Below, in pieces: positions 49,894 through 60,245 of a stretch of 64,000 nt of DNA. The first letter of the stretch is position 1. Every line of letters begins with the position of its first letter. The translations under genes were made by a program, and so were the position numbers. The notes beneath the pieces were generated by a model. The model worked only from the letters and a program-made list of their open reading frames with translations. It was not told the origin of the DNA and ran no database searches. Source of the DNA: Candidatus Woesearchaeota archaeon (GTDB lineage Archaea; Nanobdellota; Nanobdellia; Woesearchaeales; SKIA01); contig JBJKRI010000006.1 of assembly GCA_046704725.1 (NCBI GenBank), forward strand, positions 128,001 to 192,000, read 5' to 3'.

Positions 49894-50243
49894 AACGAGC
49901 ACGCATTATTTTATCTCCAGAAGCAGAAGAGGTCTACAACTATCTGAACAAAGAGGCAAGCAAGTCAAAAACAGAGCGCGCAATACTGAATGCCTTCAAC
50001 AAGAAAAAAGATCTGATCAAGAACAACATCCACTATGGTGAACCGATCGCAAAAAGCAAAATTCCTGAGGCGTACAAGAAATCGTATGGAGTGACGAATT
50101 TATTCTGGGTAGACTTGCCGGATGCGTGGAGGATGCTGTATACGCTGACAAACGATGAATCTCAGATTGAGATTATCGCATTTGTGCTGGATATCTTCGA
50201 TCACAAAGCATACGAGAAAAAAATGGGATACAAGAAGAGCTAA
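49890..50243 (+). CDS. Cassette 1 putative RelE-like toxin
   Basis: Basic protein; NLFWVDLPDAWRMLYTL...DHKAYEKKMGY. Confidence 0.6.
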   Translation: MKRARIILSPEAEEVYNYLNKEASKSKTERAILNAFNKKKDLIKNNIHYGEPIAKSKIPEAYKKSYGVTNLFWVDLPDAWRMLYTLTNDESQIEIIAFVLDIFDHKAYEKKMGYKKS

Positions 50244-50280
50244 TCATTGCCAACCTTGCAACTTCTGAAAATCACGTATT

Positions 50281-50339
50281 GCCACTAACATACGGGTTGA
50301 GCGCGTCCTGATAGGATGCGTGCTAGTCGTTGTTATGGG
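50281..50339. repeat. attC-like site 2
   Basis: GCCACTAACATACGGGTTGAGCGCGTCCTGATAGGATGCGTGCTAGTCGTTGTTATGGG. Confidence 0.85.
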
Positions 50340-50417
50340 TTGCTGCCGATATGCCAGGCGCAGTCTTTGAATTTCGCGAATTGATACTATTATAAAGGAG
50401 GAACATACTGTGTTAAC

Positions 50418-50864
50418 ATGGATTTTGCGTACGAAGGAGATTACACCTACGGTCACACTCGGGGCACCACGAAAGGTTATGTTCGGCTCGGAGAAGCGGG
50501 AAAGCTTGTTGGCATTGTACGAGATGACGGAGGGCAACGAAAGTTCCTCGTCGGCCATCACACAGACAACAGAGTAGAATTCTTCAAAATTCCCGAACTG
50601 CCACTCAGCGTTCGCTCTTTAGGATACAGCGCAAAAGGAACTCCAGACTCCAGCTACGATGCGCAGTGGGGAGTCATCCCCGTATTTTCAGACGTAGCAG
50701 TTTCATGGAGCAATGTACTCTTTGATCTTCGAGATGTGGAATCAGACCGAGACCTTGATTTCTTGGATGCAGTGGACTTGGATGACATTGTTCGCGCGTC
50801 CGAACAAATAGCTGAAGTCAATCCATCCACAGATACTGCATCTTTCCGACTTAATCCACTATAA
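50418..50864 (+). CDS. Cassette 2 hypothetical protein
   Basis: Single ORF between sites 2 and 3; TTATAAA upstream. Confidence 0.65.
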   Translation: MDFAYEGDYTYGHTRGTTKGYVRLGEAGKLVGIVRDDGGQRKFLVGHHTDNRVEFFKIPELPLSVRSLGYSAKGTPDSSYDAQWGVIPVFSDVAVSWSNVLFDLRDVESDRDLDFLDAVDLDDIVRASEQIAEVNPSTDTASFRLNPL

Positions 50865-50936
50865 ACCCCATTTTCAATCGTGTTCGTCATGGAGTCAAAT
50901 GAAGTGCCTGAACTCCTGAAAGCATATCTGCATTTT

Positions 50937-50994
50937 CCCATAACATACGGGTTGAGCGAGTCGCTTGCGATGCGTGCTAGTCATTGTTAATGGC
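50937..50994. repeat. attC-like site 3
   Basis: CCCATAACATACGGGTTGAGCGAGTCGCTTGCGATGCGTGCTAGTCATTGTTAATGGC. Confidence 0.85.
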
Positions 50995-51104
50995 TGTCGT
51001 ATTGAACGTGCGCGGAGGTGCGGAGAGGCCCAAGAACACAATGTTCCCATTAAATAGTAGTTAGTTACCGGTATGTTTATAAGTACTGTTTTCTTTCCTC
51101 CTGT

Positions 51105-51596
51105 ATGTCGCTATTAGAGGAGTTAGTAGCTGAATACGCCCTTGATATCGATGGTGTTATTCTAGAGGATGTGGTACAGAAGCGATACTCCACACTCATC
51201 CAGAACGGATCGATAGACGCCATGACCTCGCTACGCGAAGCAACAGGAATCAACCCTGCAGAGGAGGTGGTACAGAACGGATACTCCACACTCATCCAGA
51301 ACGGATGGATAGACGACATGACCTCGCTACGCGAAGCAACAGGAATCAACCCTGCAGAGGAGGTGGTACAGAACAGATACTCCACACTCATCCAGAACGG
51401 ATGGATAGACGACATGACCTCGCTACGCGAAGCAACAGGAATCAACCCCAAGGTCCCAGAGGATGTGATACAGAACAGATACTCCACACTCATCCAGAAC
51501 GGATGGATAGACGACATGACCTCGCTACGCGAAGCAACAGGAATCATGCCGAATGAAGAGAATGCAAGAGCGTACGTCGCGCATCTCATGGAATAA
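51105..51596 (+). CDS. Cassette 3 tandem-repeat protein
   Basis: Four ~32-aa repeats of EEVVQNRYSTLIQNGWIDDMTSLREATGINP. Confidence 0.7.
   Translation: MSLLEELVAEYALDIDGVILEDVVQKRYSTLIQNGSIDAMTSLREATGINPAEEVVQNGYSTLIQNGWIDDMTSLREATGINPAEEVVQNRYSTLIQNGWIDDMTSLREATGINPKVPEDVIQNRYSTLIQNGWIDDMTSLREATGIMPNEENARAYVAHLME
51165..51546 (+). repeat. Intragenic tandem repeat, four copies of ~96 nt
   Basis: Units start at 51165, 51261, 51357 and 51459. Confidence 0.9.
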
Positions 51597-51630
51597 CTGT
51601 TACCCGCAAAAACGCACGAACACACGTATT

Positions 51631-51689
51631 GCCACTAACATACGGGTTGAGCGCGTCCTGATAGGATGCGTGCTAGTCGTTGTTAGTTG
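51631..51689. repeat. attC-like site 4
   Basis: Core identical to site 2; ends GTTAGTTG. Confidence 0.85.
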
Positions 51690-51765
51690 GTGTTGCTCTC
51701 GATAATTCTTCAATTTTTTCGTGTGAATCAATTTGATTTATATACTGTCTTTGCGTTGAGCCACT

Positions 51766-52203
51766 ATGATTATCCGTACTGCCACAATTGATGATTGTGT
51801 TGCTTGCGAATCCCTTAGTAAGATTCCTGAATTGTTAACTCCAGAAGGTCAGCACGTTGTCAAGGAGTACTTCGAAGTGCTAGTGGATGATGATGAATTG
51901 TTTATTGTAGCGGAAGAGCAACAGCAGATTGTCGGATATGTTGTTGGCGAGCCCATGAAAGCTAATCAAGCATTCATCAGTCTGTTGGTAGTTGATCCAC
52001 ACTTTCGGCGAAGAGGTATTGCGAAACAACTACTTGATGAATTTAGAACCCGCTGCGATACTAAAGGACTGAGATACATTTCATTATTCGCTCCTTCGTT
52101 CAATGAAGCAACGCTTGAATTCTACACAAAAGCAGGTTTCACTCGCGGAGAATCCTACATCTTGTTCAGCGAAAGCAGAATGCCCGATACCGAACAAAGG
52201 TGA
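51766..52203 (+). CDS. Cassette 4 GNAT acetyltransferase
   Basis: IRTAT.DD, VDPHFRRRGIAKQL, N.A..FY.K.GF. Confidence 0.88.
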   Translation: MIIRTATIDDCVACESLSKIPELLTPEGQHVVKEYFEVLVDDDELFIVAEEQQQIVGYVVGEPMKANQAFISLLVVDPHFRRRGIAKQLLDEFRTRCDTKGLRYISLFAPSFNEATLEFYTKAGFTRGESYILFSESRMPDTEQR

Positions 52204-52236
52204 AGGTCTTTGAGAGGTTTTCTGAAAGCACAATGA

Positions 52237-52312
52237 CAACTAACATACGTTATGGCGGACGCTTTGCGCCCGCGAACCATGGATGTTAGGCCTAACCGGA
52301 GACATTCCGGTT
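52237..52312. repeat. Divergent attC-like site 5 plus candidate attI
   Basis: CAACTAACAT...ATGTTAGG hairpin with similar spacing, then GTTAGG|CCTAAC and AACCGGA-GACAT-TCCGGTT. Confidence 0.6.
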
Positions 52313-52355
52313 TTATCCACAATGAACTATTGAAGTTTGTTTCGAGCGGTGGAGC

Positions 52356-53195
52356 ATGGTTACAGAGGACGTCGAGCGCCGTCTGCTTAAGCAACTGGAG
52401 GATATCTGCGCTCTCAAGGGCCTAAGCGGCCAGACTGTCCGTGCGTACTCCTCAGTCCTGGCTCAGTATTTTGCGTATCTTCGACACAAGGAGACAAAAC
52501 TCGGCCATGAAAGTGTGAAAGACTACTTGCTAACGCGTAAGGTCAACCCGAATTCGTTGCGCCTGCACCGCGCGGCGCTGCAGTTCCTCTTCACCCACAT
52601 CCTGGACAGCCCGTTCTCCTTCAATCAGATACCGATCAAGAAAAGGCCAAAACAGCTCCCCAAGGCGCTCAGCAGGCAAGCGGTCAAGACGATGATCGAC
52701 TCGACAGAGAACCCCAAGCACAAGCTCATCGTGCAACTGCTCTATTCCTGCGGCCTCCGACTGTCGGAACTGGTCAATCTCCGACGGGACGACATCGATT
52801 TCGACCGCGGACTGGTCCATGTCAGGAAGGGCAAAGGCAGCAAGGATCGCTACACCACGATCTCGCAGTCCCTGCAGTCAGCTCTCCTCCGATACTACGC
52901 CACGAACACCTTCGCCACCCCCTATATCCTCGAAGGAAGGAATGGCAAGTACTCGAAGAAATCGGTGCAGAAGGTCGTCGAGCAGGCAGGCAAGCGCGCG
53001 GCCGTTAAAGCCACGCCCCACACGCTGCGCCACTCGTTCGCCACACACCTCTTGGAGGCGGGCGTCTCTTTACGCCATATCCAGCAGCTCCTCGGCCACG
53101 CGAGCCTTGACACGACCCAGGTCTACACCCACATCGCGAACAGCGACATCGCCGCGATCCCAAATCCATTGGACCGTCTCGAACGCAACGCCTAA
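52356..53195 (+). CDS. Tyrosine recombinase/integrase (XerD/IntI-like)
   Basis: SAM-like N-terminus; YSCGLRLSE, KGKGSKDR, HTLRHSFATH, LLGH..L.TTQVY. Confidence 0.93.
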   Translation: MVTEDVERRLLKQLEDICALKGLSGQTVRAYSSVLAQYFAYLRHKETKLGHESVKDYLLTRKVNPNSLRLHRAALQFLFTHILDSPFSFNQIPIKKRPKQLPKALSRQAVKTMIDSTENPKHKLIVQLLYSCGLRLSELVNLRRDDIDFDRGLVHVRKGKGSKDRYTTISQSLQSALLRYYATNTFATPYILEGRNGKYSKKSVQKVVEQAGKRAAVKATPHTLRHSFATHLLEAGVSLRHIQQLLGHASLDTTQVYTHIANSDIAAIPNPLDRLERNA

Positions 53196-53219
53196 AACCC
53201 GCGCCCCATTCTCACCCAC

Positions 53220-55148
53220 ATGCCATTCTCGCTCAAAGCGCCGTACAAACCGGCGGGCGGACAGCCCGAAGCCATCAAGGAGCTGCTGGAGGGCTACAAG
53301 AAGCAGGAGAAGCAGACCCTGCTCGGGGTGACCGGCAGCGGCAAGACCTTCCTGATGGCGAACGTCATCCAGGCGCTGGGCAAGAAGACATTGGTGCTCG
53401 CGCACAACAAGACGCTCGCCGCGCAACTGTGGAGCGAACTGCGCGAACTGTTCCCCGAAAACGCCGTGGAGTACTTCGTGAGCTACTACGACTATTACCA
53501 GCCGGAATCCTACCTGCCGCAGACGGACACCTATATCGAGAAGGACAGCAGCAAGAACGACGTGATCGACGCGTTGCGCTTGCGCGCGACGGCCAACCTC
53601 TTGTCGCGCGACGACGTCATCGTCGTGGCGTCCGTGTCGTGCATCTACGGCTTGGGGGACCCGGAGGACTGGGAGGAACTGAGCCTGCATATCGAGAGAG
53701 GAGAGAGCATGAATAGGCAAGGGCTCATCAAGGGCCTTGTGGACATGCAGTACGAGCGAAACGACACGCAGCCCCAGCGCGGACAGTTCCGCGTGACAGG
53801 CGACACGGTCGAGGTCGTGCCGGGATACCAGGACGAGCACGTGCGCATCGAATTGTTCGGCGACGAGGTCGAACGCATCAGCATCAGGCACCACGTCACG
53901 GGAGAGGAGATCGAGCGCGCCGAGCGCATCGTCTTGTTCCCGGCAAAGCATTTCGTGACGACAGAGGAGAAGCAAGAGCGCGCCATCGCGGGCATCAAGG
54001 AGGAGCTGGAGGGGTACTTGCCCACGCTCGGACCGCTCGAGCACGAGCGCCTGGAGCGGCGCACGAGGTTCGACCTGGAGATGATCGAGGAACTGGGGTA
54101 CTGCAACGGCATCGAGAACTACAGCAGGCACTTCTCCGGGCGCAAGGAAGGGCAGCCGCCGCACACCCTCTTGGACTTCTTCGGGAAGGACTGGCTGCTC
54201 ATCGTGGACGAGAGCCACCAGACATTGCCGCAGGTGCACGCCATGGCGCACGGCGACCGCAGCCGCAAGGAGCCGCTCGTGGAGTACGGCTTCCGGCTGC
54301 CCAGCGCTTTCGACAACCGGCCGTTGACCTTCGAGGAGTTCGAGGGCCGCATGCCGACAACAATGTTCGTCTCCGCGACGCCGGGCGAGTACGAGACCAA
54401 GACGAGCGGCAACCTCGTGGAATGCGTCATCCGGCCGACAGGGCTCTTGGACCCCCACATCACCGTCAAGCCCACGAAAGGGCAGATAGACGACCTCATC
54501 AGCGAGGTGCACAAGACCGTCGAGGACGGGAACAAGGTCTTGGTGACCACGCTCACCAAGAAGATGTCGGAGGATCTGACGAACTACCTCGCGCGGCGCG
54601 ACATCCGGGTGCGCTACCTGCACAGCGAGATCGAGACGCTCGAACGCACGGAGCTCATCCGGCAATTGCGGGCGGACGAGATCGACTGCATCGTCGGCAT
54701 CAACCTGTTACGGGAAGGGCTCGACATCCCCGAAGTGTCGTTGGTGGCAATCCTGGATGCGGACAAGGAAGGCTTCCTGCGCAACGAACGGTCTCTCTTG
54801 CAGACCATCGGCCGGGCCTCGCGCAACAAGGACGGGCGCGTCATCATGTACGCGGACAAGACGACGGACTCGATGCGGCGCGCCATCACCATAACGCACG
54901 AGCGCCGTGCATTGCAGGAGAAGTACAACACAGAGCACGGCATCACGCCCAAGACCATCGTCAAGGCGGTGCCCGAGCAGCGCGTGGCCATGAAGGACAC
55001 CAAGCACATCCCAGACGCTGATGTGGAGAAGACGATCGAATCCTTGCGCGAGGAGATGGCCGCGGCGGCCGAGCAGTTGAACTTCGAGCTCGCCATCGAG
55101 ATACGCGACCGCATCAAGGAACTGGAGAAACGGCTGGAGAAGCGATAG
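53220..55148 (+). CDS. uvrB: Excinuclease ABC subunit B
   Basis: GVTGSGKT, FVSYYDYYQPE, DESH, GINLLREGLD, C-terminal UVR domain. Confidence 0.97.
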   Translation: MPFSLKAPYKPAGGQPEAIKELLEGYKKQEKQTLLGVTGSGKTFLMANVIQALGKKTLVLAHNKTLAAQLWSELRELFPENAVEYFVSYYDYYQPESYLPQTDTYIEKDSSKNDVIDALRLRATANLLSRDDVIVVASVSCIYGLGDPEDWEELSLHIERGESMNRQGLIKGLVDMQYERNDTQPQRGQFRVTGDTVEVVPGYQDEHVRIELFGDEVERISIRHHVTGEEIERAERIVLFPAKHFVTTEEKQERAIAGIKEELEGYLPTLGPLEHERLERRTRFDLEMIEELGYCNGIENYSRHFSGRKEGQPPHTLLDFFGKDWLLIVDESHQTLPQVHAMAHGDRSRKEPLVEYGFRLPSAFDNRPLTFEEFEGRMPTTMFVSATPGEYETKTSGNLVECVIRPTGLLDPHITVKPTKGQIDDLISEVHKTVEDGNKVLVTTLTKKMSEDLTNYLARRDIRVRYLHSEIETLERTELIRQLRADEIDCIVGINLLREGLDIPEVSLVAILDADKEGFLRNERSLLQTIGRASRNKDGRVIMYADKTTDSMRRAITITHERRALQEKYNTEHGITPKTIVKAVPEQRVAMKDTKHIPDADVEKTIESLREEMAAAAEQLNFELAIEIRDRIKELEKRLEKR

Positions 55149-55199
55149 CACACGACACTCCTGCACAAGCTTCAAAAACGGCCCCGCATTCGCGCTCTG

Positions 55200-57941
<2,742 letters not shown>

Positions 57942-58340
57942 TCACGCCGCACGATCAAGGACCTGAGAAATAAGCATTCTATACGCCTCTTGTGATTGCG
58001 GGCCATCGAGATGAGGGAAAATAGGCTCACCTGAAATGGTTTGATACGCGATCACGGACGGAATCTGATAGATGTGGGAGCGCATTTTCACCAGCTGCAT
58101 CACCCTTGGATCATCCATACCTTCACTGTCGAGATCTACCGCGTATGCACCCAATGGTCCATGCTCCGAAGCGAGAGCATCAGTCAACCTCTCTATCGCA
58201 GCCTGACTCTGGCTCGCCCACGAGGCGTAATACAAGACGACCGCAGCATTGAGCTTGGTGTTCGTGATCGCCTTTTCAAGCTCAGAAGGACTCTTAAGCT
58301 CCTTGAGCTCAATACCTGCAGAAGATTCCTCTTCCCCCAT
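57942..58340 (-). CDS. Thioredoxin-fold protein lacking CxxC
   Basis: VVLYYASWASQS, AVDLD, IPSV pattern. Confidence 0.55.
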   Translation of the reverse strand: MGEEESSAGIELKELKSPSELEKAITNTKLNAAVVLYYASWASQSQAAIERLTDALASEHGPLGAYAVDLDSEGMDDPRVMQLVKMRSHIYQIPSVIAYQTISGEPIFPHLDGPQSQEAYRMLISQVLDRAA

Positions 58341-58402
58341 GCGGACGCCGACACGTACTAGTATATAGGTGTTCGGAAAGAATACGTAGGAGAGAGCTTT
58401 AA

Positions 58403-59023
58403 ATGAAGAGACCCTCGTGGCGTGGTGTGACAATCCGCCATCTCGTCTTCGACCTGTTCGGCACGCTGGCCGACAGCGATCCACGGCTGCTCTGCACGCC
58501 GCGCGGGCGGTTATTGGCGTGGGGAACCACGCGCTGGATGGGAAAGGACATCCCCGAGGAGCATTTCTTCGAGCAGTACTGCGAGGCGGTCGGCGGCATC
58601 AGCGAGGAAGAGCTCGAGGAATCCTTCCACGCGATGGAACAGACATTGCATTTCTTCGACGGGGTCAAAGGACTCCTGGAAGGGTGCAAGCGGCGCGGAT
58701 TGTCGCTGCATCTGCTCTCGAACACCGGAAAATCCGTCGAACGATTCATCCAGCGCGAGAAAGACACGTTCTCGTTGTTTGACACGCTCGCGCTCTCGTA
58801 TCTCACCGGACGCATCAAACCCGATCCCGACGCCTTCACCGGCCTGCTCAAGAGCATCGGCGCACGGCCGGAAGAATGCGTGATGGTCGGCAATTCAGAG
58901 ACAGAGGACATCGCGCCCGCACGGGAACTGGGCATGCGGACAATCCACTTCCAGGGACGCACACAAGGCATCACCGAGCTGAAAAACGCCCTCGACGATA
59001 TCCTGTCTATACATAATCCTTAA
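58403..59023 (+). CDS. HAD-superfamily hydrolase
   Basis: FDLFGTL, LSNT, KPDP, MVGN...DI; real start may be slightly downstream. Confidence 0.85.
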   Translation: MKRPSWRGVTIRHLVFDLFGTLADSDPRLLCTPRGRLLAWGTTRWMGKDIPEEHFFEQYCEAVGGISEEELEESFHAMEQTLHFFDGVKGLLEGCKRRGLSLHLLSNTGKSVERFIQREKDTFSLFDTLALSYLTGRIKPDPDAFTGLLKSIGARPEECVMVGNSETEDIAPARELGMRTIHFQGRTQGITELKNALDDILSIHNP

Positions 59024-59055
59024 ATATCTCGAAACCGTTATATCCGTTCCGATAT

Positions 59056-59553
59056 ATGAAACATCTCAAGACCCTCATCTACCACCTGCTCCTCGAAGGA
59101 CCGCACACCGGCTACGCCATGGCCAAGGAAGTGGAGCAGCGCACAGGCTGGAAACCGAGCTGGGGCAGCATCTACCCGTTGCTGGAGAGCATGGAAGCGG
59201 AGGGAAGCATCAGCGCGACGCAGGAAGGAAGAAGCAAAGTCTACACGCTCACGAAGACCGGAGAGAAAGAGGCGCACGACGCGGTCAGCCACAGCAAGGA
59301 GCTCATCGGCGCGGTCATCGAACGCATGAAGGTATTCCAGGAATTCAGCAACGAGGACCTGTCGATGCCCATCGCATTGCTGACAGAGATCCAGCGCACG
59401 GGGCGCAACCCGCTGCGGCCCATCAGCAAGAACTTCACGCCATTGCGCAACGAACTGCTACGATTGTGGCAAGCGGACCTCCTGCAGCCCAACGCCGAAC
59501 GCATCAACAAGGAACTGTCGGGGCTCACCGAACGGTTGAGGAGGATACGATGA
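59056..59553 (+). CDS. PadR family transcriptional regulator
   Basis: TGY.MAK...PSWGSIYPLL...KVYTLT..G. Confidence 0.9.
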   Translation: MKHLKTLIYHLLLEGPHTGYAMAKEVEQRTGWKPSWGSIYPLLESMEAEGSISATQEGRSKVYTLTKTGEKEAHDAVSHSKELIGAVIERMKVFQEFSNEDLSMPIALLTEIQRTGRNPLRPISKNFTPLRNELLRLWQADLLQPNAERINKELSGLTERLRRIR

Positions 59554-60245
59554 CCGCACGAAAGAAGCCGATCATCACGCTCAAAGGAGTGTGGAAGACC
59601 TACACCATGGGGGACAAGCCCGTGCATGCGCTGCGCGGAATCGACCTCGAGGTGGAGCGCGGAGAGTTCCTCGCCATCATGGGACCGAGCGGCTCCGGGA
59701 AGAGCACCGCCATGAACATGATCGGCGCGCTCGACGTACCCAGCAAAGGAAAAGTGGTATTGGACGGCCACGATATCGCCACACTCACCGAGAGCCAATT
59801 AGCCCTGGTGCGCGGACGCAAGATCGGCTTCATCTTCCAGCAGTTCAACCTGCTCGGCACGCTCACCGCCAAAGAGAACGTGACCCTACCGCTCGTCTTC
59901 CAGAACATCCCCGCGCCCGAACGAGAGAAACGCGCGAAAGAACTACTCACGCTCGTCGGGCTCGGAGACCGCATGGACCACCGCCCGACAGAGCTCTCGG
60001 GCGGACAGCAACAGCGCGTGGCCATCGCCCGCGCACTAGCGACGGAACCGGAAGTCATCCTCGCCGACGAACCGACAGGCAACCTCGACAGCACCACAGG
60101 AGACACGGTGATGGACTTCCTGAAGGACCTGCACAAGAAACAACACACAACAATCGTTATGGTCACCCACGACGAGGACGTCGCGCACAACGCAGAGCGC
60201 GTGCTCGTCCTGCGGGATGGCCAGATACAAGGAGGAAAGAAATGA
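59550..60245 (+). CDS. ABC transporter ATP-binding protein (LolD/MacB type)
   Basis: GPSGSGKST, LSGGQQQRVAIARAL, ADEPTGNLD. Confidence 0.95.
   Translation: MTARKKPIITLKGVWKTYTMGDKPVHALRGIDLEVERGEFLAIMGPSGSGKSTAMNMIGALDVPSKGKVVLDGHDIATLTESQLALVRGRKIGFIFQQFNLLGTLTAKENVTLPLVFQNIPAPEREKRAKELLTLVGLGDRMDHRPTELSGGQQQRVAIARALATEPEVILADEPTGNLDSTTGDTVMDFLKDLHKKQHTTIVMVTHDEDVAHNAERVLVLRDGQIQGGKK

Larger units (their letters stand above)
49389..53219. mobile_element. Integron-like island: cassette array plus tyrosine recombinase
   Basis: Five related hairpin sites separating AT-richer genes; adjacent integrase; flanked by the uvrB 5' duplication. Confidence 0.8.

Noticed and set aside
51165-51546. CRISPR array or DGR template/variable repeats
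   Set aside because: Contiguous in-frame coding repeats without spacers; no reverse transcriptase in the window
49468-52290. CRISPR array
   Set aside because: The intervening segments are 550-750 nt and contain whole genes; there are no cas genes
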